IMG/VR virus record: IMGVR_UViG_3300029448_000195
Location: 1-33,134 of that record
Strand: one strand, 5' to 3'
Length of the DNA: 33,134 nucleotides
Source: a virus
Taxonomy: Duplodnaviria; Caudoviricetes
The notes under the pieces were generated by a model. That model did not search any database and was not told where the DNA came from. It saw only the letters and a list, made by a program, of their open reading frames with translations. The position numbers were made by a program, and so were the translations under genes. Each line of letters opens with the position of its first letter. The stretch's first letter is position 1. Shown piece by piece: positions 1 to 9,548 of this stretch.

Positions 1-2
1 GT

Positions 3-521
3 ATTGATTCTGGTGGACATCATACCAACCAGGTTTATTCATTTACAAAACCACGCCAAGGCAGAAGAATATTTGCAATTAAAGGTGCTAATGTTCCAGG
101 TAAGCCAATTGTTAGTAAGCCAAGTTATGTAGGTAAAACACAAACAGCTTTATACACAGTTGGAACAGATACGGCTAAAGAAAACATATTTGCTAGGTTA
201 AATGCACCAGAGGATGAAACAACACTGCATTTTCCAGCTGATGTTGATGAGGAGTTTTTTAAACAGCTTACAGCTGAGAAAAGAATTACTAAATGGATCC
301 GTGGCCGCAAATCTTTGGCCTGGAAACAAATTAGGCCAAGAAATGAAATTTTAGATTTAATGGTTTACAACTTTGCTGCAATTTATCTGCTCAATCCAAA
401 TTTTGATCTAATTGAGGAGAGATTGGTAACTGGATCTAAAGAAGATCCAAACTTAGTGCAAAATCAGCAAAAAAATAGAAATGCCAGGCCAAAAAGCAAT
501 TTTATTAATAGTTGGAAGTAA
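3..521 (+). CDS. terL: Terminase large subunit, lambda gpA type (C-terminal nuclease part, 5'-truncated by the window)
   Basis: The frame is open from base 3 (IDSGGHHTNQVYSFTKPRQGRRIFAIKG...QLTAEK...RNEILDLMVYNFAA) to TAA at 519-521. IDSGG, AIKG, QLTAE and RNE.LD are GpA-family motifs. The ORF track shows only the last 68 aa. Confidence 0.93.
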   Translation: MDSGGHHTNQVYSFTKPRQGRRIFAIKGANVPGKPIVSKPSYVGKTQTALYTVGTDTAKENIFARLNAPEDETTLHFPADVDEEFFKQLTAEKRITKWIRGRKSLAWKQIRPRNEILDLMVYNFAAIYLLNPNFDLIEERLVTGSKEDPNLVQNQQKNRNARPKSNFINSWK

Positions 522-524
522 TAT

Positions 525-573
525 TTACGAATTACATTGTTTTTGCAGCTGAGATCTCTTACATAACTCGTAA
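525..573. repeat. 49-bp dyad element, copy A (TTACGA...TTTTGCAGCTGA...ATAACTCGTAA)
   Basis: 37/49 ungapped identity to 22598-22646; terminal inverted repeat TTACGA/TCGTAA; starts 3 bp after the terL stop. Confidence 0.9.
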
Positions 574-584
574 TATTTATATAT

Positions 585-612
585 TTGACAAGATTTAAAA
601 CGACCTTAGTGT
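585..612 (+). promoter_or_regulatory. Putative sigma70-type promoter of the head/tail operon
   Basis: TTGACA (585-590), 16-bp spacer, TAGTGT (607-612); SD GAGG before ATG 650. Confidence 0.55.
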
Positions 613-649
613 TTTTGTGTAAGTTTACATTTTAAATACAGAGGATTAA

Positions 650-1270
650 TTGGCCAATTTATTCGATTCAACTAACTATCCAAACTATGTTCCTTCAGAA
701 TTAAAGAAGGGTGATAACTGGAATTGGAAAAATGATAGTCTTGGAACAGACTATGACAACTCATCTTTTACTCTTAAATATGAATTTAATCTAATTGATG
801 GATCCACAAATACACATTTTCAAATTGTGGCCAGCAATGATGGATCTAATTACAAAGTTGAGGTTCCACATTCAACAACGACTAATTACACCGCTGGCGA
901 ATACAATTGGATAGCTAATATCCATCGTAATTCTGGCGGCAGAGTTAAAGTTGCTGAAGGGTTTATGACACTTCAAGATGATTACGCTACTACAAGTTCC
1001 TCGGTAAGATCTTTTGCCAAGCAAATGCTTGATGCGATTGAGGCCGTGGCTTTAAACAGAGCCACCATGGATCAATCATCAATGAGTATTGCTGGTAGAT
1101 CTCTTTCCAGAATGTCTATTGACGAATTAATGAGTTTTAGAGATCGTTTTAAAACTGAATACTTGCAAGAACTAAAACAAGCCAGGGCCAAGAACAAAAA
1201 AGGCACTGGTAACAATATCAAAGTTAGATTTGGTCAACACTCAACATTTAATCCAACAGACTTAACATAA
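650..1270 (+). CDS. Head-completion/adaptor protein: gpW-like C-terminus with an N-terminal beta-rich extension
   Basis: Lies between terL and portal; C-terminal SMSIAGRSLSRMSIDELMSFRDRFK resembles lambda gpW-like proteins. Confidence 0.7.
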   Translation: MANLFDSTNYPNYVPSELKKGDNWNWKNDSLGTDYDNSSFTLKYEFNLIDGSTNTHFQIVASNDGSNYKVEVPHSTTTNYTAGEYNWIANIHRNSGGRVKVAEGFMTLQDDYATTSSSVRSFAKQMLDAIEAVALNRATMDQSSMSIAGRSLSRMSIDELMSFRDRFKTEYLQELKQARAKNKKGTGNNIKVRFGQHSTFNPTDLT

Positions 1271-2754
1271 TGGCCTGGTACAACAACATTTTTAATAGAA
1301 CTCCTAAGCAACAAAAGAAAACTTTTAAAAGAAGTTACCAAGGAGCATCAACTGGTAGGTTGTTTGCTGACTTTTTAACATCTAGCAAATCAGCTAATGC
1401 TGAAATAAAAGATAATCTAAGAACTTTAAGAGATAGAGCCAGGGAATTAGCAAGAAATAACTCGTACATTAATCGTTATTTAAACCTAATGATCTCTAAT
1501 GTAATAGGTAAGCATGGAGTGAGAATCTCATCTAAGGCTAGAAATGATAATGGATCTTTGGATCTGTTGGCCAATAGACAAATAGAAGATGCCTGGAAGC
1601 AATGGACTAAGTACGGAGTGCCAACTGCAAATGGCAAGATGTCATTCCTTGATTGTCAAAAACTCTTTGTAGAATCTTTGGCCAGAGATGGTGAAGTTTT
1701 AGTTAGACATATAAAAACTAATAAAAATTCTTTTGGTTATCACATACAATTTTTAGAAGCTGATTACTTGGATGAAGATCTAAACACCACAGCAAAAAAT
1801 GGTAACAAGATCTGCATGGGTGTTGAGGTTGATTCTTATTATCGGCCAGTTGCTTATCATTTATTTAAAGAACATCCATATGACACCACTTACTCTGCTA
1901 AATACAACAAAAAGCACATAAGAGTTCCAGCAGAAGAAATTACACATTGCTATATGCCTAACAGGGCCGAGCAAACTAGAGGTGTAAGCCACATAGCAAC
2001 AGCCATGGCCAATGTAAAACAATTAGATGGTTATTTAGAGGCTGAGATTATTGCTGCTAGATTAGGGGCCAGCAAAATGGGTTTCTTTACTTCACCAGAC
2101 GGCAATTCATTTGTTGGTGATGATACTGAAGATACATTTAACCCAGTTATGAATGTAGAGCCTGGAACCTTCCATCAATTAAGCAGCGGCCAGGAGTTCC
2201 AAACATTTGATCCTAATCATCCAACAAGTGCATTTGAATCTTTTACAACTACAGTTTTAAGATCTATTGCTTCAGGACTAAATATCTCATATCACGCTTT
2301 AAGCAATGACTTAACTTCAGTTAACTATTCCTCTATCCGCCAGGGTGCTTTAGAAGATAGATCTAACTTTCAGATCTGGCAAGAATTTATTGTTCAGCAT
2401 TTTATAGATGTTGTATTTAAACGCTGGTTAGAAATGGCCATAACAACTAAAGCTATTAACTTGCCAATTGGTAAATTCAGCAAGTTTGCCAATTCAATAA
2501 ATTACATTCCAAGATCTTTTCCCTGGATAGATCCATTAAAAGAAATGCAAGCCAATGTGGTTGGCCTACAAAATGGAATTGTTACTTATTCAGATATTGT
2601 TTCTAGTTATGGAAAAGATGTAGAAGAAACATTTGAACAACATCAAAAAGAAAAGGAATTGGCGGATCAATATGGGATCTCCACGGCATTTCAGCCATTT
2701 GGTAATAAGGCCCCAGTTCCAGCAGAAGTAGAAGGAGATCCAGATAATGAATAA
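1270..2754 (+). CDS. Portal protein, lambda family
   Basis: 494 aa; motifs LRDRARELARNN, RDGEVLV, RAEQTRGVS, LSNDLTSVNYSSIR and WIDPLKE. Confidence 0.96.
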   Translation: MAWYNNIFNRTPKQQKKTFKRSYQGASTGRLFADFLTSSKSANAEIKDNLRTLRDRARELARNNSYINRYLNLMISNVIGKHGVRISSKARNDNGSLDLLANRQIEDAWKQWTKYGVPTANGKMSFLDCQKLFVESLARDGEVLVRHIKTNKNSFGYHIQFLEADYLDEDLNTTAKNGNKICMGVEVDSYYRPVAYHLFKEHPYDTTYSAKYNKKHIRVPAEEITHCYMPNRAEQTRGVSHIATAMANVKQLDGYLEAEIIAARLGASKMGFFTSPDGNSFVGDDTEDTFNPVMNVEPGTFHQLSSGQEFQTFDPNHPTSAFESFTTTVLRSIASGLNISYHALSNDLTSVNYSSIRQGALEDRSNFQIWQEFIVQHFIDVVFKRWLEMAITTKAINLPIGKFSKFANSINYIPRSFPWIDPLKEMQANVVGLQNGIVTYSDIVSSYGKDVEETFEQHQKEKELADQYGISTAFQPFGNKAPVPAEVEGDPDNE

Positions 2755-4687
2755 CAAGTTTCAAGAGGCAATTACGCCAAATGAAAAACATCCTAGCGAG
2801 GTAAGCATGGAATTTAAAAGTGAAAATCCCATCCTCAGCGAAACAGAAGCAGAAGATTTAATTGATTCTGCTGAAGTCATTGAGGATGTTGAATTAGATG
2901 CAACAGAAAGATTGTTTGACGATGAGGTAACTTATCGAACCATAGATCTATCCAGGGCATCTTATATTGACGAAGAAACCAGGAGAGTTCGCATAGGAGT
3001 GTCATCCGAAAGCGGAGTTGAAAGGTCATTTGGTTTAGAGGTTCTAAGCCATAAAGCAGAGGATGTGGATATGTCATTCATGGCCTCTGGATCAGCACCA
3101 TTATTGAACAACCATAATATGGATGAGCAAATTGGTGTTGTTGAAGAATATAAACTTGATGAGGCCGCAAAAAGAACAGTTGCGGTTGTAAGATTTGGTA
3201 AATCTGCACTTGCTCGTGAAGTCTTTGATGATGTAAAAGACGGCATAAAAAGAAACATATCCGTTGGCTACAGAGTAAATAAACTGGAACAGGCAAGCAA
3301 TAAGGAGATTGGCGATCATTACAGGGCTAGTTGGACACCTATGGAAGCATCCGTAGTTTCAATCCCAGCAGATCAATCCAAGCAAGTTGGCGTTGGCCGT
3401 TCTAAATCTAACAATCTTCCAAACACAAAGGTGAAAATAATGGAAAACGAAAAACAAGAAATTAATCTTGATGAAGTTAGATCTCAAAGTGCAGACGAAG
3501 CAAGAAAAGAATTTGCTAAAAACTCAAAAGAGATTTTAGATCTTGCTGCCAAGCACAATAAAAGAGATTTAGGTAATCAAGCTATTCAAGATCAATTATC
3601 AGTTGACGAGTTCAGAGGACAATTACTAGAAACTATTTCTAATGATGTGCCTTTAGAAACTCCAAATGAAATTGGTTTAAGCAAAGCTGAAACACAAAGA
3701 TTCAGTATTATGCGTGCTATTAATGCAATGGCAAATCCAACAGATCGTAAAGCACAAGAAGCTGCACGATTTGAAATGGAATGTTCAGAAGCTGCTCAAG
3801 AAGCATATGGCAGAACAGCCCAGGGAGTTATGCTTCCAGCTGAAATTATGGCTAATTGGAATCAGCGTGATATGTCTGCTGGTAGTGATGGCGATTTAAT
3901 TGGTGAGGATTACAGAGGACAAGATTTTATCGATGTTCTTAGAAACAACTCAGCAGTTATGCCTTTAGCAACCAATCTTAATGGCCTATCTGGCGATGTT
4001 AAGATCCCTAAGAAAACTGCGGCTTCAACTGCGGCTTTCATTAGTTCAGAAGGCGGAGCAGCTGGCGAGTCAGAAATGACAATTGGCAACATTAGTTTAA
4101 CCCCTCGCACATTAGGGGCGTTTACGGATGTAACTCGCCAATTAATGATCCAATCTTCATTGGATATTGAAAATCTAATCAGACAAGATCTTGCAGCTGG
4201 AATGGCTATTGCAATTGATGATGCTTGTTTAGAAGGTGATGGAAACAATGGCAAGCCAACAGGTATTACAAATACCACTGGCATTAATACTGTTTCATTA
4301 AGTTCAGCAGCGGCTCCAACATGGGCTGAAATGGTTAGCTTGGAATCAGCTGTTGGTGTTGATAATGCTTTATTAGGCAGACTTTCATACATTGTTAATC
4401 CTACTAACTATGGAACATTAAAATCTACATCTAAAGACACTGGAAGCGGTATCTTTATTGCAGATGGCAATGGCATGAATGGTTATCCAATTGTTTCTTC
4501 AAATCAATTGACTGCCAACAACTATGTATTTGGAAACTTTAGCGACTTGCTAATCGGCTTTTTTCAAGGGCTGGATGTGGTTGTGGATCCTTATACATCT
4601 TCAAGTTCTGGAACTGTTCGAGTAGTTGCACTTCAATCTGTTGATGCAGCTGTAAGAAATCCAGTCTCATTTGTAGTTGGTTCTTAA
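2747..4687 (+). CDS. Prohead protease-major capsid protein fusion (HK97 fold)
   Basis: N-terminal protease motifs (PLLNNHN, NISVGYRV, PMEASVVSIPAD), then scaffold/capsid (FSIMRAINA, FISSEGG, TRQLMIQSS, FGNFSDL). Alternative start at 2807 (SD GAGG); internal start at 3440 (SD AAGGTG). Confidence 0.94.
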   Translation: MNNKFQEAITPNEKHPSEVSMEFKSENPILSETEAEDLIDSAEVIEDVELDATERLFDDEVTYRTIDLSRASYIDEETRRVRIGVSSESGVERSFGLEVLSHKAEDVDMSFMASGSAPLLNNHNMDEQIGVVEEYKLDEAAKRTVAVVRFGKSALAREVFDDVKDGIKRNISVGYRVNKLEQASNKEIGDHYRASWTPMEASVVSIPADQSKQVGVGRSKSNNLPNTKVKIMENEKQEINLDEVRSQSADEARKEFAKNSKEILDLAAKHNKRDLGNQAIQDQLSVDEFRGQLLETISNDVPLETPNEIGLSKAETQRFSIMRAINAMANPTDRKAQEAARFEMECSEAAQEAYGRTAQGVMLPAEIMANWNQRDMSAGSDGDLIGEDYRGQDFIDVLRNNSAVMPLATNLNGLSGDVKIPKKTAASTAAFISSEGGAAGESEMTIGNISLTPRTLGAFTDVTRQLMIQSSLDIENLIRQDLAAGMAIAIDDACLEGDGNNGKPTGITNTTGINTVSLSSAAAPTWAEMVSLESAVGVDNALLGRLSYIVNPTNYGTLKSTSKDTGSGIFIADGNGMNGYPIVSSNQLTANNYVFGNFSDLLIGFFQGLDVVVDPYTSSSSGTVRVVALQSVDAAVRNPVSFVVGS

Positions 4688-4712
4688 TAATCAGTGTTAA
4701 CCACTAATAAGA

Positions 4713-4738
4713 TGGCGGGCCTAGTGTCCGCCAGCTTT
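4713..4738 (+). terminator. GC-rich hairpin after the capsid gene (weak terminator or mRNA stabiliser)
   Basis: TGGCGGGC-CTAGT-GTCCGCCA followed by only GCTTT. Confidence 0.55.
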
Positions 4739-4753
4739 AAACAGGGAAAAAAT

Positions 4754-4966
4754 ATGAAAGTTTTAATTTTGGCAGACACAGTTGCTAACAGTAAAAGAGT
4801 TCACGCTGGCGATGTGATTGAGGTTACTCAATCTGAGGCCCACATTTTAATTGGTTGTAATAAAGCAAGCGTTCATGTTGCTAAAGAGAAAAAAGAAAGC
4901 AATAGAAGCGTAGGCTTGGAAGTTTCTGAAACTCCAAAACCAAAGAAAAGATCTAAGGCCAAATAA
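4754..4966 (+). CDS. Small basic head-associated hypothetical protein
   Basis: The SD AGGG favours ATG 4754 (MKVLILADTV...AGDVIEV) over the track start at 4694; usual position after a capsid gene. Confidence 0.75.
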   Translation: MKVLILADTVANSKRVHAGDVIEVTQSEAHILIGCNKASVHVAKEKKESNRSVGLEVSETPKPKKRSKAK

Positions 4967-5370
4967 TGGCCCTAGAAAGTGCTGCTGATTTCAGTTCCTA
5001 TGTAGATTCAAGCGTAGGTTTTGGAATCACTGGTACTTTTTTTGAAGTGCAAGACACTTTATGGGATACCAGGCCAGGTCTAATTGATACTTGGTTCGAT
5101 GTCGATAGCGGGGCTTCACAAAATATTAGTCTTATTATGGATGAGGATTATTTTGCCATTGAAGGCAACAGCATTGCAGCTGAAGGTTATCAACCCAGGG
5201 CCACAATGAAGGCCAGCGATGCTCCTTACATATCTCATCAAGATAAATTAATTGTTGATGCTGTTACGACAGATCAAGGCAATGTTATCAAGCCAGCAAC
5301 CACATATTTAGTGGTTGAAGTGCAACCAGATAATGTTGGAATGTTAACGCTAGTTTTAGAGGCCGCATAA
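4966..5370 (+). CDS. Head-tail joining/closure protein (gpFII/Gifsy-2-like), paralog 1
   Basis: Position; C-terminal YLVVEVQPDNVGMLTLVLE; aligns by eye with the next ORF. Confidence 0.75.
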   Translation: MALESAADFSSYVDSSVGFGITGTFFEVQDTLWDTRPGLIDTWFDVDSGASQNISLIMDEDYFAIEGNSIAAEGYQPRATMKASDAPYISHQDKLIVDAVTTDQGNVIKPATTYLVVEVQPDNVGMLTLVLEAA

Positions 5371-5720
5371 TGAGCCAAATTAAATATGAAACAGAGTCTG
5401 ATATGGCCGCATATTTAGATCCTAGCTATGGCCATGGTTTAGCAGCAACTTACACCAGGAATGGTGTTAACACTTCACTCAATCTTATTTTGAATGAAGA
5501 ATATGTGGAATTAGACGAAGGATCTGGAGTAGAAGCAGTACAACCTATTGCTTATTGCAGATCTGTAGATATTCCAAGCGTTTCACATAACGACACTTTA
5601 GCGGTTAGTGCATACAAAGATGTAAACGGCAATATTTTAAAGGCCGCAACTAACTACAAGATAGTTAATGTGCAAAAAGATTTTAAGGGTTTTACGGCCC
5701 TAGTTTTAGAGGAACAATAA
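5370..5720 (+). CDS. Head-tail joining/closure protein (gpFII/Gifsy-2-like), paralog 2
   Basis: YKIVNVQKDFKGFTALVLE; colinear similarity to the previous ORF. Confidence 0.75.
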   Translation: MSQIKYETESDMAAYLDPSYGHGLAATYTRNGVNTSLNLILNEEYVELDEGSGVEAVQPIAYCRSVDIPSVSHNDTLAVSAYKDVNGNILKAATNYKIVNVQKDFKGFTALVLEEQ

Positions 5721-6166
5721 TGGCGGATCATGTAAGACAACAAATCCGCAACCAGGTAGTTACACAATTAACTGGTTTAACAACCACTGGATCTAATGTA
5801 TTTGATTCCAGGGTTTATCCTTTAGAAGATGGCAACTTGCCAGCGATTTTGGTTTATACAAAATCCGAAGATAGCGAGCCAATAGAAATTGGCCCAAACA
5901 GAACAAGTGAAAGAATGTTAAGCCTAATTGTCGAGGCCTATGTTAAGAGTACAACTAATTTTGAAGATACTCTGGACACTGTTTGCAAAGAAGTAGAACA
6001 AGCAATTGCAGCTGATCCCACATTATCTGGGAAGGCCAAAGATTGCTACATAGAATCTACTGAGATTGAATTTAATGCAGAGGGGGAACGGCCACTGGCT
6101 TTCGCTACTTTGACTTTTTTAACTAGCTACTATGTCCAGGAGCAAAATCCAGATGTGGCGGTTTAA
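5720..6166 (+). CDS. Tail terminator/completion protein
   Basis: HVRQQIRNQVV...VFDSRVYPL...LPAILVYT...LDTVCKEVEQAI; lies upstream of the tail tube gene. Confidence 0.8.
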   Translation: MADHVRQQIRNQVVTQLTGLTTTGSNVFDSRVYPLEDGNLPAILVYTKSEDSEPIEIGPNRTSERMLSLIVEAYVKSTTNFEDTLDTVCKEVEQAIAADPTLSGKAKDCYIESTEIEFNAEGERPLAFATLTFLTSYYVQEQNPDVAV

Positions 6167-6179
6167 CCAGGAGTAAATT

Positions 6180-6341
6180 ATGAAAATGATTTCACCAGAT
6201 GGCAAAGATTTTATAGATGCACATCCTACAAGGGTTGAGTATCTTAAAAAAAAGGGTTGGAAGGAAGAAGCAGCCCAGGAAATTAAATCTTCTTCTAAAA
6301 AACAGGCGAAAGCCGAGGTAAACGAAAATGTCGATACATAA
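6180..6341 (+). CDS. 53-aa hypothetical protein (not in ORF track)
   Basis: SD AGGAG; MKMISPDGKDFIDAHPTRVEYLKKKGWKEE...; fills the gap before the tail tube gene. Confidence 0.75.
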   Translation: MKMISPDGKDFIDAHPTRVEYLKKKGWKEEAAQEIKSSSKKQAKAEVNENVDT

Positions 6342-6717
6342 GGGCTCTGAAGGGCTTGTAAAGGTTGGTGCTAATACTGTTGCTGAAGTTAGATCTTATT
6401 CAATTGATGAATCTGCTGACACAATAGAATCCACATCAATGGGCGATGCTGCCAAAACATTTGAATCTTCACTTACATCCTTTAGTGGATCTGTTGAGTG
6501 TTTTTGGGATGAAACAGATACAACTGGCCAGGTGGCCATGAGTATTGGTTCTACCATAACTCTTAACCTATACCCAGAAGGTGCTGATAGTGGTGATACT
6601 TACTACAGCGGATCTGCTGTGATTACTGGAAAGACTGTTTCTGGTGCACATGATGGATTGGTTGAGGCAAGCATTAGCTTCCAGGGTAGTGGTGCATTAA
6701 CTATTACAACAGTATAA
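6328..6717 (+). CDS. Major tail tube protein
   Basis: HKGSEGLVKVG...VAEVRSYSIDE...ESTSMGD...FSGSVECFWD...SFQGSGAL. Confidence 0.88.
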   Translation: MSIHKGSEGLVKVGANTVAEVRSYSIDESADTIESTSMGDAAKTFESSLTSFSGSVECFWDETDTTGQVAMSIGSTITLNLYPEGADSGDTYYSGSAVITGKTVSGAHDGLVEASISFQGSGALTITTV

Positions 6718-6720
6718 AAA

Positions 6721-7056
6721 ATGTCAGTAATAGATAACGCAGTTAAACATTTTGAAAATCAAGATGTGAGAGTAACGCAGGTTCCAGAATGGGGCCAGGA
6801 TGATGAACCTTTAAAGATATACAGCAAGCCATTAACGCTTAGTGAAACTTCTAAACTCTACAAAATGAGCCAGGAAGATGATCTAACGATGATGGCTTAT
6901 GTATTAATTTACAAGGCATTGGATAGCGAAGGGGAAAAGTTATTTGATATTGGCGATAAAAATAAACTTCTAAACAAAGTTGATCGTGAGGTGTTAGTTA
7001 GAGTGGCCCAGGAGATTATGGGGCAAGAGCCTATTGAGGAAACAAAAAAGGACTAA
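6721..7056 (+). CDS. Tail assembly chaperone (gpG-like)
   Basis: Lies between tail tube and tape measure; VPEWG...KALDSEGEKLF; ends in the slippery sequence A AAA AAG. Confidence 0.85.
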   Translation: MSVIDNAVKHFENQDVRVTQVPEWGQDDEPLKIYSKPLTLSETSKLYKMSQEDDLTMMAYVLIYKALDSEGEKLFDIGDKNKLLNKVDREVLVRVAQEIMGQEPIEETKKD

Positions 7057-7205
7057 CAGAGGATGCTAATTTATTTCTGCAATACAGCCTTGCAGAAAGA
7101 CTAGGCAAAACCCTAGACGAACTACAGCAAATTAGTGTCCAGGAATACCAGGGCTGGATTGCTTATTTAGAAATCTTGGAAGATAGAAGGAAGCATGGCA
7201 AATAA
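7044..7205 (+). other. Programmed -1 frameshift site (A AAA AAG, 7044-7050) and gpT-like extension
   Basis: The -1 frame reads GLTEDANLFLQYSLAERLGKTLDELQQISVQEYQGWIAYLEILEDRRKHGK* (stop 7203-7205) and has no ATG of its own. Confidence 0.88.
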
Positions 7206-8943
7206 AAAAGTCAAAATTGAGTTAACAGCTGTTAATAAAACACACGCTGCTTTTAGTAAGGTCACCTCTGGCTTAAAAACAGTTGGTGGTGCAGCTGGCT
7301 CAGCAGCCAAGGGTGTTGCTGGCGTAGGATTAGCTGCGGCTGCAACAGCTACAGCACTTGCTGTTCTGGTTGGCAAATCTTTTGAATATATTGATACGCT
7401 TGACAAAACTTCCAGAAGAACAGGCATTGCTACAGACACATTGCAAGCCTTTCAATTGGCTGCAATTGAATCTGGATCTTCCGTTGAACAGGCCCAAAAA
7501 GGTTTAGAAAAATTTAGTAGATCCATTGGTGATGCCGCCAGTGGTTTAAAAACCCAAGCAGATATTTTTAAAGATCTTGGTATAGATCTAAAAAATTCCC
7601 TTGGCGAAATGCGAGATCCAACACAAATATTATTTGAGGTTGCAGAAGGGCTTAAAAATTTAGGTTCTGAAGCTGAGAGATCAAGAGTGCTTGCTAATTT
7701 ATTTGGTAGGGCTGGAATGCAAATGAGTGAGGTTTTTAGGGATGGTGCCAAAGGATTAGAACAGTTTATAGAAAGATCAAGAGAACTTGGAATAATCTTG
7801 CCAGATAAAGTTATTAAAAATGTAGCTAAATTTAACGATCAATTTTCAGTTTTAAAATTACAAATAAAAGCAGTTGGAAACAACATAACTGGTGCATTGG
7901 TGCCAGCTTTTTCTCTTGTAGTTGGCGAACTTACAAATATGCTTACAAGCACAAATGAGGCTGAAGGCGGATTTGAAAGTTTAGGTAAAAATATGGCCAT
8001 AAGCATAATGCAAGGGGTTAAATTTGCGGTTCTATCTGTCCAGGAATTATTTAGAGGAATTGAACAACAATTTTTAACCTTTGCTGCAAGTGGTGCTGGC
8101 AAATTATTTGGTTTTGATCTAACGCCTATACAAAAAATGCAAATTGAATTAATCAACGCTCAAAATAAAGTTGAGAGTATTCAAAAATCTATAACAGATT
8201 TCAACACTGGCCAGCAAGATACAATTTTTGGGATTAGCCCCACTGACATAAGTTTGCTAAATAACAGCCTATTTTCAGCAGAGCAAAATGTTATTAAATT
8301 GAAAGAGCAACTAGGTGATATGTTGCCACCAGAGAAAAGCACTGCTGTTTTAGACTTTTTAGATAAAATGATTAAGGCGGTTAAAGAGGGCGGTGATGCT
8401 TGGGAAGTGCTTGGCGATAAAGGCATAAACTCAGTTACAAATTTACAACAGCCATTGCAAGTATTTGACAGTCAATTAAAAGATATTAATAAAAGCATGG
8501 GTACTGCAATAGTTTCTTCAATGAAAAAATTTGAAGATACTATTATGGAAGGCCTAAAAAATGGAAAATTTGCATTTGAAGATTTTGCAACTTTTGTTGT
8601 TGAACAGTTGCTAAGAATTGCTATACAGCAAATGATAATTGCACCTATGACATCTAGCCTTTCAGCAATGTTTCCTAAATTTGATGGCGGTGGATATACA
8701 GGCATGGGTTCAAGGAGTGGCGGAGTAGATGGTAAAGGTGGCTTTCCAGCAATACTACATCCAAATGAAACAGTCATAGACCATACAAAAGGCCAGGGCA
8801 TGAGTTCTGGTGCCAACATAACATTTAATATCCAGGCCAATGATGCCGCTGGGTTCGATCAATTATTAAATAGCAGAAAACAAATGATTACTGCAATGAT
8901 AAATAACGCCATGAACAATCGTGGCAAAATGGGGGTAGTGTAA
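7195..8943 (+). CDS. Tape measure protein
   Basis: 582 aa, Ala/Gly-rich and helical; C-terminal FDGGGYTG...GGVDGKGGFPAILHPNETVIDH. Confidence 0.92.
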   Translation: MANKKVKIELTAVNKTHAAFSKVTSGLKTVGGAAGSAAKGVAGVGLAAAATATALAVLVGKSFEYIDTLDKTSRRTGIATDTLQAFQLAAIESGSSVEQAQKGLEKFSRSIGDAASGLKTQADIFKDLGIDLKNSLGEMRDPTQILFEVAEGLKNLGSEAERSRVLANLFGRAGMQMSEVFRDGAKGLEQFIERSRELGIILPDKVIKNVAKFNDQFSVLKLQIKAVGNNITGALVPAFSLVVGELTNMLTSTNEAEGGFESLGKNMAISIMQGVKFAVLSVQELFRGIEQQFLTFAASGAGKLFGFDLTPIQKMQIELINAQNKVESIQKSITDFNTGQQDTIFGISPTDISLLNNSLFSAEQNVIKLKEQLGDMLPPEKSTAVLDFLDKMIKAVKEGGDAWEVLGDKGINSVTNLQQPLQVFDSQLKDINKSMGTAIVSSMKKFEDTIMEGLKNGKFAFEDFATFVVEQLLRIAIQQMIIAPMTSSLSAMFPKFDGGGYTGMGSRSGGVDGKGGFPAILHPNETVIDHTKGQGMSSGANITFNIQANDAAGFDQLLNSRKQMITAMINNAMNNRGKMGVV

Positions 8944-9548
8944 TGAGTGGCTCTTTTCCAACAACACCAAAATTTAGGGCCATAAACTTTCAGGACAACA
9001 GGCCCACATTAGTAAATCAAACTTTATCTGGTAAAAAATCAGCCAGGCAAATTGGTGGCCAGTATTTTTCTTTTACAGTTCAGATGCCGCCTATGCAACA
9101 AGCAGATTCACAAAAGATTTTTGCATTTTTGCAAAAACAAAAAGGTGCATTTGAAAATTTTACAGTGCAACAACCATTAGACAATTTAGGATCTGATAAA
9201 GGCGAAACAGATATAGCAGTTGTGGGTGTTCATGCAGCCCAAGATGCAACTATTGCTATGGATGGTTTTACAGCCTCAACAGCTGGCGTATTAAAGGCTG
9301 GAGATCTTATTAAGTTTGCCAATCATACAAAAGTTTATATGGTGCAAGACGATGTAACCGCAGATGGATCTGGGGCTGCAACTGTTTCTATATCTCCTAA
9401 TCTTGTTTCTGGCCTTGCAGACAACGAGGCTGTAACCATGAATAAGCCAGCTATGACTGTTTATTTATCTACTGGTGAATTAATGTATGCAACAGACACC
9501 TCTGGCTTATTTTCTATCTCTTTTGATGTAAGAGAGGTTATAGCCTAA
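8943..9548 (+). CDS. Distal tail protein
   Basis: Follows the tape measure; TLSGKKSARQIGGQYF...LKAGDLIKFANHTKVYM. Confidence 0.75.
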   Translation: MSGSFPTTPKFRAINFQDNRPTLVNQTLSGKKSARQIGGQYFSFTVQMPPMQQADSQKIFAFLQKQKGAFENFTVQQPLDNLGSDKGETDIAVVGVHAAQDATIAMDGFTASTAGVLKAGDLIKFANHTKVYMVQDDVTADGSGAATVSISPNLVSGLADNEAVTMNKPAMTVYLSTGELMYATDTSGLFSISFDVREVIA

